The position numbers were made by a program, and so were the translations under genes. DNA of 64,000 bases from Cladosporium halotolerans. Taxonomy: Eukaryota. The stretch covers positions 806,001 to 870,000 of the forward strand of contig NW_027191454.1 in assembly GCF_011745625.1 (NCBI RefSeq). The letters are read 5' to 3'. Position 1 is the stretch's first letter. Each line of letters starts with the position of its first letter. This document shows positions 13,935 through 24,508 of the stretch, in pieces. The notes under the pieces are model-generated. The model saw only the letters and a list, made by a program, of their open reading frames with translations. It was not told the origin of the DNA and did no database searches.

Positions 13935-14287
13935 ATGGTATGGGATTTCAAGCGACTTTTACAATACCCCGCTAACCCCCACTCCAGTCCCGCGACTCCT
14001 CCCTCACCTTCCTCCACCTCCATCAGTCGCACCACGCCGACCTCCTCGAAGACTTCTCCCGTCTGAAGCTCCCAGCGGAAGAAATCTACGTCGCGCCCCA
14101 GCACCAGCCTATCAACCCCGACGACGAAGACGACATCGTGCCCGACCAGCACGCGGCGTTCGGCATCCAGCGCGCGACGCAGAAAGTGAAAGAGCCGGCC
14201 TGGAGGGACCTGGGCCTGGAGCAGTTGATGAGCGCTGCGCCGCCGAAGGGGGGCAAGGATGCGAGGCCGCGGAAGGCGCTGAGATGA
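13935..14287 (+). CDS. APC13: Anaphase-promoting complex subunit 13 (Apc13/Swm1)
   Basis: ATG alone (13935-13937), intron 13938-13987, then SRDSSLTFLHLH...DFSRLKLPAEEIYV...EDDIVPDQH...KEPAWRDLGL. The W(R/K)DLxL tail and the LPxE(E/D)I block match Apc13 as recalled. Confidence 0.85.
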
Positions 14288-15812
14288 GGGTGTGGTTCGG
14301 AGCTGCGAGCTGTGCAGACTGCGACGCTATACGATGGCATTGCATTGCGGCTCGGGCTTGTGGAATTACAACATCCGCTACTCACTGCGGCCGGAGTTAT
14401 CGATTGAAAGACGGCAGGAAGCCACGTCCATTCAGAGGCGTGTCGAGCCGAAATGATCCCTGATGCATGGATATTTCACCTACGATGTCGACTCGGTGGA
14501 GATCGGGACGGACGATGGGAGAAGGCATGCATTCGCACTGTTTCCTGAAAGCATTTCGAGGCTTAAGAAAAGCTCGAGTGTTTGCTTTCGAATGAATCCT
14601 CCCTAAACCCAAGTTTGAAGAGGGTGTGTCGCGAAGCAACAGACTGTATTTGACTGTCCGCGTGCACACGGCGAGGAGCACAGTCGGTATACGATGACGA
14701 GGTCATTACGCTGTCCGGGCTTGGAGAGGTCAGGAGGGTTGGCAAAGAGCACGTAAGCAGCATAGGGCACGCAGTAGTAATATGGAGAAGCGACGCGTTA
14801 TACATTGCCCCTGCCAAGCTCTTGTACAGACCTACCGAGCATTGTGTTGAATGAAGCGAGCGAGAGGCCTTCGGTCATAAGAATATCAGAAGACGCAACT
14901 CAGAAGAATTGTATGCATGAATTTACAATCAGAGTTTCGCGACTTGTCTGTACCGCGCATTAGGCCTTCCTTCACTATCGACCGACGTCGGACCAAGTCT
15001 CAAGGGTCCTATCAAAAGGCAGTAATTAAGGTTTCCCAAGCAGGCTGATTTGATGCCCAAGCCCGTGGTTCTGTAGAGCACTGAAGACGCGTTTAACAGT
15101 CCTACCGATTGGAGCTCAATATCGAGGACTGAACTCCGCGAAGCTTACTTCTTGCGCAAGAAAGTCTGGACGTTCGCGTCCGACCTTTAGACTGAACATT
15201 GTTTGACGAGGTGGCTCGGCCGGGCGCCTCACAGCATGATGTAGTACAGACGGATGCACAAGCGCAATCGTGCAGGCGGCCCAGCTCCCCTGACTCCTGT
15301 GGGCGGCAAGGGTTCAGGAACTATCGAAGCACAGAGGCGACTAGATAGGTAGGTGCCGTAAATCCGTACAGAGCTTTCCGACGAACGTGCCCACCCGCCG
15401 AGTGGATGACTGAGGCAGAGATTCCAGAACGCACCGGCAGGCGGACAGGGCGAGTGCTAGAGTAGGGAGGGCGGCAGTCGGGGCGCTGAGCAAAAGGCTG
15501 TCGCCCGGCGGCGCAGGGTGTGCCTTGCAGATTGGCAGTGTGGAGATGGTTTCCCCGAGCGCATGCCTGACGAGTGCGGGCGGCGAAGGCTCTGGACGGG
15601 CGGCGCATTGGGGAGCTGGTCCGCTGGCGCTATTGCGCGTAGGAGCCCTCAGGCCCCGCCGAAGCGGCGGTGCAAGGCGCGGGCAGAGGGCGGGAGAGAG
15701 ACAGGAGAGGCGAGGGCAGGCAAGAAAACAGGCAGGCAGAGGCTGCGCCGGGCAAATTGTGGCCTGGCGCGCGTGGGAGCGCAGAGCGCAGGTGTGTGCG
15801 AGCCTGCGAGGA

Positions 15813-15836
15813 GGGAGGGAGGGAGGGAGGGCGGGG
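15813..15836 (+). repeat. (GGGA)n tract, potential G-quadruplex upstream of the G-beta gene
   Basis: GGGAGGGAGGGAGGGAGGGCGGGG. Confidence 0.6.
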
Positions 15837-16669
15837 CCTGACTCGCCGCGGCGGAGGGCAGGAGAAGTTTGGCTTCGGCCGGCTCGCGCAGCGCCGATCC
15901 ACGAGCCCGGCCTGACTCGGGGCGCGGCGAGCCTGAGGCGTGCATGCGCGCGGGAGGGGAGTGCTGAGGTGCAGTGGGGGCGTGCCAGCAGCTGCCTCAC
16001 GACGATGCTTGATACCCTCACCAACCGCCCGTCGGCTCCTCCTCGCTCGCGCAATGCGGCGCAAGGTTTTGGCAGGCGTTTGCGCGCGTTGCGCCGCCCG
16101 CAGGCTCGCAGCGCGGCTGGCCCGTGCGCTAATCTCGGCCTTAGCCCGTCCGCGCCTAGCGTCCGCTCCCGTCGGCTTGGTCCACGGGCGACCTGCCACC
16201 ACCGCTGCCCGCTGGAGCTGTCCGACCGACCGTCTTCACTGCGCGCACCCTTCAACCCCCAACACCACCACCGCGCCGCATCCTCCTCCCACCGCCGCCG
16301 CATCCCGCCCCCGAGTCCACCGCCGGGCCTGCAGCCTCCTGCGACGCGCTGCTCTCCTGCCGCCTCCCTCGCCGTCGCCCTCGTCGCCTCGCCGCCGCCG
16401 TCGTCACGCGCGCCGGCCCCCCGTCGCAGCACACACGCCTGCCCAGGGATCGTCGGAAGCTTCCGCGCCCGGCCTCGCCGCAGGAGTGCCATTCGACCCC
16501 ATCACCCTCCCCTTCCGGCCTTCGTCCGCACGACGACCTCGAGCTGCCTGCATTGGCGTGTCCGCTCGCTGGCCTGCCTCACTCCCGCCGGCCCTAGCCT
16601 CCCTTCCTCCGACCAGCATCACTCCAGGGGCTGCGACGGCCATTGACGCCGTTGGCACCGCGCGCAGCA

Positions 16670-17980
16670 ATGGCGGACGCAAACGCAGAGTCGATCCAGC
16701 AGAAGATCCAGATTGCCCGCCGGGACGCGGAGGCACTGAAGGACAGGATAAAGCGCAAGAAGGACGAGCTTGCCGACACCACACGTGAGTTCGAGCATCT
16801 GTCTCGCCCGAGCGGCTCGCTCGGAGTGACGGTGAGGGCAAACAGCTAACATGTGATTGCAGTCCGCGATGTCGCGCGCCAAAGGACAGAGGCTCTGCCC
16901 CGCCTGGGCATGAGGACCAAGAGGACGCTCAAGGGCCATCTTGCGAAGATCTACGCGATGCACTGGTCGACGGACAGAAGGCACCTCGTCTCAGCCTCGC
17001 AGGACGGCAAGCTCATCATCTGGGACGCCTACACCACCAACAAGGTCCACGCGATTCCCCTGCGCTCGTCATGGGTCATGACTTGCGCCTACTCGCCGAG
17101 CGGCAACTACGTCGCCTGCGGTGGTCTCGACAACATCTGCTCCATCTACAACCTCAGCGCGCGGGAAGGCCCCACCAGGGTGGCACGAGAGCTTAGTGGG
17201 CACTCGGGCTACCTCTCTTGCTGCCGCTTCATTAACGACCGCCGCATCCTCACCTCTTCCGGCGACATGACTTGCGTGCTGTGGGACATTGAGACCGGCC
17301 AGAAGATCACAGAGTTCGCCGACCACCTTGGCGACGTCATGAGCTTGAGCATCAACCCTCTCGACAACAACCAATTCGTTTCCGGTGCCTGCGACGCTTT
17401 CGCCAAGCTGTGGGACATCCGTCAGCAGAAGTGCAGCCAGACATTCGCGGCTCACGACTCTGACATCAACGCCATCCAGTTCTTCCCTAACGGAAACGCT
17501 TTTGGCACAGGCTCGGACGATGCGTCTTGCAGACTCTTCGATATCCGTGCCGACCGCGAACTCCAGAGCTACGCCGTAAGTTATCTGAAGTGTGATACAA
17601 TACGGGCGAGCGTCAATGCTGACCAATCCACCAGATTCCCGAACCTGTCTGCGGTATCACCTCCGTGGCTTTCTCCGTGTCTGGTCGCCTGCTCTTCGCC
17701 GGTTACGACGATTTCGAGTGCAAGGTATGTGTTACCACGAGCGAAGACAACATCAGGGAAACAGTGCTAACCAGCAACTACAGGTCTGGGATGTTCTCCG
17801 TGGCGAGCGTGTTGGCACCCTGCAGGGACACGACAACCGTGTCAGCTGCTTGGGTGTCTCCAACGACGCCCTCTCATTATGCACGGGATCTTGGGACTCG
17901 ATGGTAAGTAATTTACTGGTCTCATGACGTACTTCTGGACACTGCGGCTAACATTCATCCAGCTCCGCATCTGGGCATAA
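16670..17980 (+). CDS. gnb1: Heterotrimeric G-protein beta subunit (GNB1/SfaD/Ste4 orthologue)
   Basis: Five exons. N-terminal coiled coil [83 protein letters not shown]. Confidence 0.98.
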
Positions 17981-18304
17981 TCAGCGAAATGACCCAGCAC
18001 AAACGATGCTTAGAGATACCCGACGCCCGAATCCCGAGGCGAATGGCGCGACATCTCCGCCACGAAACCCCCGGCCCTCCATACAGCTCCGGAAGCGACA
18101 CAGAAGCGATTATTTCACACCCACTACATGTACGATGCGGCGCTTTGAGACAACCTGCCCCTCACGGACGGTCTCGGCGCCTTTTCCCTTCTACTCAAAA
18201 AGCGCGCAATCATGCTTTCCGCGAGTCGAGGCACAAAAAGAACATCAAGCGAGTACTCGAAGGCGGAGAAGGTTCCCGAGCAACCCCAGGAGCACAACAC
18301 AACC

Positions 18305-19142
18305 AAAAAAAAAAAAAAAAGAAAACCAAATCAAAGCAAGACAAGGCAAACGGAATTTAACGCTCCTCTAATCGCTCGTTTCCTCCCTCTCTGGCCTCGC
18401 ACGGAAAGCACCGAAGCAAAAAAGATCGCGCGAAAAAAACTTTGCTACCCTCTTGACACCACCACCCTTTTCCTTTTCCTCCCCTGGTCTACCTTTCTCT
18501 TCTTCTTCCCTTTTATACCTCTCTCGGGACCGAAAACGGGCTCGCCTCCCCCCCTTCCACTACCTGTTTTTTTGTGTGTGCTTTCGGGGGTTTTCCGTTG
18601 CCCGGGCGAGCATTGTGGGAGAATTACTGGCGGGAACGTGGAAGGGGGGAGGGGGCGGCAATGGTTTCCAATCAGTTCAGAAACCCACCCACCCCCTTTG
18701 TTTTTTCTTCGAGGTCGCTCTACTACTTGAAAGCTGTGTTACATTTAGGACGTTTTTTCTCCCTTTTCCTTTTTTTTTTCTCTCTTTCTCACTCCGTTCG
18801 CTCCGTTCGCTCCGTTCTCCCTCCGAGGGGTCTCCTTTCTGTCGATGGGACTCTCGCGTGACGCCGTCCTCCCTCAGTTCTCCTTGCGTTCTTGGTCTGG
18901 TCTGGTCTGGTCTTGACTTTACCATTATTACTATTACTGGGCGGACGGCTGGTTCTGCTCCTGGCCCTGGTTGTGAGTGAGTGTGTGTGTGATGTGAGTC
19001 TCAGTGGAAAGAAGGCGTGTGCTAATAAAGTAACCCGTTTGTCCTTTTGACCTTTTTTGACTTTTCTGGGCCGTCTGGGACGAGTGAGATTCGGGTGTCT
19101 CTGTCCGTGTCTGTGACTAGGTACTGTGTGTGTGTGTGTGTG
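18305..19142. repeat. Simple-repeat-rich 3' region of the G-beta gene
   Basis: A16 at 18305-18320, several T runs, ~3 copies of CTCCGTTCG near 18792, (GGTCT)4 near 18894, and (TG)9 at 19125-19142. Confidence 0.7.
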
Positions 19143-20634
19143 AAACATCGATGTGGTTTCGCCTTCAGGTTTGAGATCAGCGTTTGCGATTCGATTCGGA
19201 TCGCGGGATCGGGTTTCAGAGTGTTCGACTTGACTTTCTAGTTTTCTATTGATGCTTTGGCCTTGCCTGTCGTGGAGGCGCGGGCGTGGCGATCTGAGCC
19301 GTTCGCGCGGGACGAAGGTGTAGTTTGGCGGTAAGGCTGTCTGTCGGATCTGGTGTTTCGTGTGGGCTTGTGCGGGTTTGGGCCGTGGAGCGAAAGAGGT
19401 TTTTGGTGCGTGGAACTGTAGGCTTCACTTCACTTTGTCGTGGTTGTGAGGGGGTGGGTGGGATGATGTGAGGCGGTGACTTGGTTGTGATTTTTGAGGC
19501 TACGCGGACATTCGTCTTGATCTATAATGGAGTGGACGACGTGTTGTGGCCCTTGGAGGGTCGATCTTATGTCGAGCTACAGTGGACCTCGTATGTAGCT
19601 GCGTGCATGCATGCCTCGTGGACGATACACGCAAGCGATGCAAGTCAATGCAATTCGATCTAGCTAGTTCATGAGTGTCATACCATTAGCACACCAGCAC
19701 CGACCTGCCGCAAGCGATCGATAAATTTTTCTCTCGCCGGCCAGCCCACGACACGCTTTCGCCACTACCGTGCCGCATGTACCGCGCCCGTCCATGGCAG
19801 TCGAAGTCAAGCCCGTCACCGCATGTTGACGCTACTCATGGCGCGGACGAGCAGCGAGTCGGGCGGGCGCGGTGGGCGGGCCGGTACCTGCATGGCTTCA
19901 CCCTTGGCCGTGCGTCTGGCCGGGCGGCGCACGCGCGCAAGCTGAAACGCACGACGTCGTGGGCGGAGGGGCCGCCTGCGCAAGTGCGAGCGACCGCGCC
20001 GAAGCATCGCAGAGGGCTGTGGCGATGCGATGGGCGCTTTCGCACGTGGTGAGCAGCACCGCGAGAGATGCCGTGTTATTATCAATGCCACGGCGAGGGA
20101 GCGTTGGCCGGCGGGCACGACACGACACGACACACGGAGGCTGCGCTCCTGTCGCACATGTGACTTTTGCCCGATCCAGCGTTCCTGGCGCACCAAGGCA
20201 CCTCCTGGCCGAGCCTTAGCCTGCCCGCTGGTATGGCGCAGTGGAGAGGGGAGGGCGGCGGAGGAGGAGTCGCGGTGGTAATTATAATGCCATACCCAGG
20301 TGCTTGGTGGCCGCCCCCGGCGAGCCCTCTCTTCTTCTGAAACCTTGTACTACTGTACATTCGCTTCGCGGGCCTGCAGATCTGCATTTGACTCTCGCAT
20401 CGCCTCTTTCCCTGTCTCTTCCTCTCCCACCGACTCTACATCCTCCACGTGCCCGCCCGTGAGGCCGCATTCACCGCTACGTCCCTCGCGAAAGGCTATA
20501 ACCTTCCTCTTAGCGACTCTACATAACCACCCACCCCGCCAAACCAGGCACAACCCCTCCCTCCCTCCCTCCCCGCCCACCAAACACACCCATCCACCAC
20601 CACCAACCCCACCACCAACCAACCAACAACCACA

Positions 20635-21634
20635 ATGGCCACCGCCGCCCAAGACGAGTTCAACGAGCTCATGCGCGACAAAGAGCGCCGCACCGCTCAC
20701 CCCGAAGACGCCGACTCCGACGCCCGCTCCTTCCTCAACCTCTCCGACGACGACGAGTCCGACGCCGCCCGCACGCCCACCACCACCACCTTCGACAACG
20801 AGGCCCCTCCCCGCGCCAGCACCAGCTCCGCGCGCCACGTCATCCCGCGCACGCGCTACGGCGCCAACACAGGCCCCAAGGGCGTCATCTCCGACGCCCA
20901 GCACTTCCGCGACTCGCAGCGCAACCACCGCACGAGCCTGCGCAGCCTGGTTCCCCCGTCGCAGGCGCCGGCGGCGGAAGAGCCGCAGAGGCACTGGACG
21001 CAGGACCCGAGGGGGCTGGAGAAGCTGGACGAGGACGAGGATCTGGTCGACGAGGAGGCCGAGGACGGCTTCATGGCGAAGTGGCGGCAGGGCAGGCTGA
21101 AGGAGCTGCAGAGCGGCGGCGGGTACGAGAGTAGCTTGCACAATTCGGGGAGGAGCAGGAGGGCGTATGGGGGGTTGACGACGGTTGATGGGGAGGGGTA
21201 TTTGGATGCGGTGGAGAAGAGCCCGGCGGGGACGGTGGTTGTGGTGTACATTTACGATGATATGGTGAGTTTTTGATTTGGGAGTGGTGGTGGATTTGGA
21301 GGTTGGATTGATATGCTGACTTGGAGGTTCCAGTCCGGCGTCAGCCAGATGATCGAGGACTGCGTACGCACGCTGGCGAAGAAGCATGGGAGCGTGCGGT
21401 TTGTGCGTTTGCACTTCCAGGACGCTGAGATGGAGCCCGCGGGCGTGCCTGCGATGATCGCGTACCGTAATGGCGATAAGTTCGCTGGCTTGGTGCCGAT
21501 CATGGAGGAGATGCCGGACGATGCGGATCTCAGCTCCCTTACGCTGGAGACGGTGATGAAGAGGTATGTTGAGTACCCGGTCAATGCCGCTACGTTGCTG
21601 ACTATTCTCGACCAGGCACCAGATCCTGTCATAG
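20635..21634 (+). CDS. phnA: Phosducin-like protein 1 (PhLP1; PhnA/Bdm-1 type), G-beta-gamma assembly chaperone
   Basis: Class-I helix-1 motif NTGPKGVISDA; EDGFMAKWRQGRLKEL; thioredoxin-like half YLDAVEK...VVVYIYD|...VRFVRL...VPAMIAYRNGD; final micro-exon RHQILS*. Confidence 0.92.
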
Positions 21635-22241
21635 AAGCGGTCGCTGCCGGCTTTCATGATCATCAAATGATATCCTCCCGACGAAAGACCACGCGGGTTA
21701 TCGTCGTTAACAGATCCCCCACTCCAGGCAAGAACGCCCGCGAACGCCGCTTGCCCTCATCGCAGACTGCTCAACGGCCCCAGCTGCCACGGCCCTAATG
21801 GTCGAACCACCGAGATCCGGGCGTGGCCTGCGCCTCTGCAGCGCCAATGGCCGTCCAGCCAGCCAAAAAGCTCAACATCATTGCTCAGAGCAGCACGATA
21901 CGGCAGCATGTCTTCTCACACAAGATGGCCGCCCCAGGCACTCCGGTCATCTAATCGACGGCTGCTCGAGTCCGGTGGCAGAGGCACGCAGGGCTCTCGC
22001 TATATATATATCATATCCTATAGACGACATTTCGAGTTACGCCGTGATGGCAGACGCGCTAATGTAATCAAATGAGCTGACAGCTTCGGCTTTGTGTCGT
22101 TTCCTGCGTCAATGTCGAGATCAGTCGATTTCAGGTCGGTGTTTTGAGGGTTTGCTCGATTGCTTTGCGAAGAATCTATCAAATTTTCACTGTAGGTGCT
22201 AGAGCTAAGGTCACGACGTCTAGGCTGCTCTGCTCGATGGT

Positions 22242-22400
22242 TCAATCAATCAATCAATCAATCAACCAATCTACCAATCTACCAATTTACCAATCTACCA
22301 ATCTACCAATCTACCAATCTACCAATTTACCAATTTACCAATCAATCAATTAAACAAACAACTAAGGCATCATTCAGTCAGTCAGCCAGTCAGTCAGTCA
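22242..22400. repeat. Compound microsatellite: (CAAT)n + ten ACCAAT(C/T)(T/A) octamers + (CAGT)n
   Basis: Ten in-phase octamers at 22265-22344, flanked by (TCAA)n and followed by (CAGT)n. Confidence 0.95.
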
Positions 22401-22616
22401 CTCGATGATGTGTTGATCAGCTGACAGGTAATATTGTCAAATGAATTGACATTGAAAATTGTTTGAGTCATTCTTTGGACAAGCGTTAAACAGACGATAC
22501 AGTTTACAGGATTGCGGGAAATGAAGTTGGCCGGCTTGACGTGGATCCCAACTATCTATCGTCATCAATCTAGACCATCAAGCTGCTGTCTTACACACAC
22601 TACAAGAACAACAGCA

Positions 22617-23870
22617 TCACCCAACATGCGGTATATTCGCCGCCCACGTAGTCGTATACGCCGCCGCCGGCAAATAGAACAAACACCTCACCATCTCCGC
22701 AATCAACACCACCCTCATAACACAATACGCCCCCAAACCCGCATACAACAACCAAGTCGCCCAATGGCCCGCAAGCCTCGTCGCATCCAGCACTCCCACG
22801 CCCACCAGCAGCGCCGGGATCGCGACCGTCGACGCCACCGCGCACGCCCGCCACGCCCACCTGTCGGCGGCCGTCGGGAACGCGAAGTCCCAGCCCGCGA
22901 CGTGGACCGCGCCCAGCAGGACGGCCAGCACGCCCATCGCGATCGCGTTGAGCTCGACGCCGCAGACCTCGCGCTCGAGCACGGGCACGTGGTTGTTGTG
23001 CGTGCGCTCGGTGTCGAGCGCGCCGGCGCCGAGGTCGAAGTCGCGGTGGGAGCCGGCGTTCAGGTCGGCGAGGACGATCGGGTGCGCGACGGAGCGGGGC
23101 TTCTTGAACAGGATGATGTAGGTTAGGAAGGTGCAGGCTGCGAAGCCCAGCGTGCCGAGCTCGAGGAGGATCAGGGGCAGGTGGCGGATTGCGCGCGTCA
23201 GGCAGTTGAGGCAGAAAAAGGCGACTTGCAGGACGACGAGGACTCTGGCGAAGAGGTCGCTTTTCGAGCGGTCTTGGATCTCGGTTTCGGTGGGGAGGGA
23301 GGGCACGACGACGTGGTGGGTTGAGGATAGGAGGGAGGTGCGCAATTGGTCTGCGGAGAGGAATACGAGGCTGCCGTGCCGTTCCTCTTCGTCCGAGCTG
23401 CTGCTGCTTGTTTCAGAGTGCTGCTTCATTTTCATCGCGAAACCGCCCATCTGCACGAAGAACGCGTGCGTCAGCGTCCATCCGTACGGCGGATGGCGAT
23501 CGTCTGGTAGTTTCCGGAGCTTGGTGAGGGTTTCTCGCGCTTCCAGGAACTGGCCGATGGCTATGGTCGCGTAGTATTCGGGAGCCAGGACGGTTGTCAC
23601 TGTCCATTTGAGACTGGGCCAGATGCCCTTCCGCCACCATTTCAGATCTCCTTTCCAGCCGCGGTCCATGTCTCTACCATCTCGCTGCTCCGGAACGTTG
23701 AGGTGGAGTACGGTGTATGTACATGCGATGATGGTGGCCAAGCATGTCCAGAGGATGTCCAACGTGCCTCGGACGTTTGGCGCGGAGACGAAGTGGTAGA
23801 GTTCCTCTGGCGGAAGGGTACAGTTTGGTCTTGAGAATGTGTGACCATTCGCTGCAGCGATGTAGACCAT
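22617..23870 (-). CDS. Uncharacterised multi-pass membrane protein of a widespread fungal family
   Basis: Intronless ORF of ~417 aa with FVSAPNVRGTLDILWTC...HLNVP, LAPE, WTLTHAFFVQMGGF, EIQDRSKSD, LLELGT, HVAGWDFAFPT and a terminal YTTTWAANIPHVG. Several hydrophobic segments. Confidence 0.85.
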   Translation of the reverse strand: MVYIAAANGHTFSRPNCTLPPEELYHFVSAPNVRGTLDILWTCLATIIACTYTVLHLNVPEQRDGRDMDRGWKGDLKWWRKGIWPSLKWTVTTVLAPEYYATIAIGQFLEARETLTKLRKLPDDRHPPYGWTLTHAFFVQMGGFAMKMKQHSETSSSSSDEEERHGSLVFLSADQLRTSLLSSTHHVVVPSLPTETEIQDRSKSDLFARVLVVLQVAFFCLNCLTRAIRHLPLILLELGTLGFAACTFLTYIILFKKPRSVAHPIVLADLNAGSHRDFDLGAGALDTERTHNNHVPVLEREVCGVELNAIAMGVLAVLLGAVHVAGWDFAFPTAADRWAWRACAVASTVAIPALLVGVGVLDATRLAGHWATWLLYAGLGAYCVMRVVLIAEMVRCLFYLPAAAYTTTWAANIPHVG

Positions 23871-24508
23871 CACAGTAGCCGGGAGAAATGTTCTAAGTAG
23901 AGCTATCGTAGTGTAATTCCGCCGCTAGACACTCCACGTGCGCGAGAGGTCGTGTGGCTAAAGGATGAAAGGATCAGATGGCGCCGATGGAGCCATCAGG
24001 TAGATATCTTACCACTGCACAGCAGCCTCAACAACGAGGCTGTGGCAGCAGGCGCCATGCATCGCAGGCGACCTGCAAGGCGAAACGGCGTGGCTTGATG
24101 CTTCAGCCGCAACATGCGTCAGAGGCATGGCATCAGATCCTCGCTGCACGGGACGTGACAATCATCGAAGGTAATAGGAGGCTTGTTATAAGAGTCAATA
24201 AATCGTGGACTTCGCGTGGGAACAAGAAAATGACCTGACACTGAGGCGCTCTACCGAGTAGACAAGGGGTGAGGTCGACACCTGCTTCCAAGGTTCGGCG
24301 TCGTGGACGCGCATTGGCCCCAGCTGCGCCACCACAGCGCTCGACTGCGGCTTTCAAGTCATCTCGACGTTTACTCATTCGTTGAAATTGGAAGTGAGCG
24401 GAGGAACAAGATTCCAACGCGGAGGCAGTATTCTCATTGCATTGACCTTGCTTTTATGAGTGTGAAGGTACCCTACAGGCGTTCAAATCCCTCTTCACTC
24501 CAAACGAT

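Noticed and set aside
15341..16788. Overlapping 280-380 aa ORFs upstream of G-beta
   Set aside because: Arg/Ala/Pro-rich products of very GC-rich DNA, open in several frames. An in-frame TAG at 16595 excludes a long N-terminal extension of G-beta.
22242..22400. CRISPR-like array
   Set aside because: No unique spacers; it is a simple tandem repeat in a eukaryotic genome.
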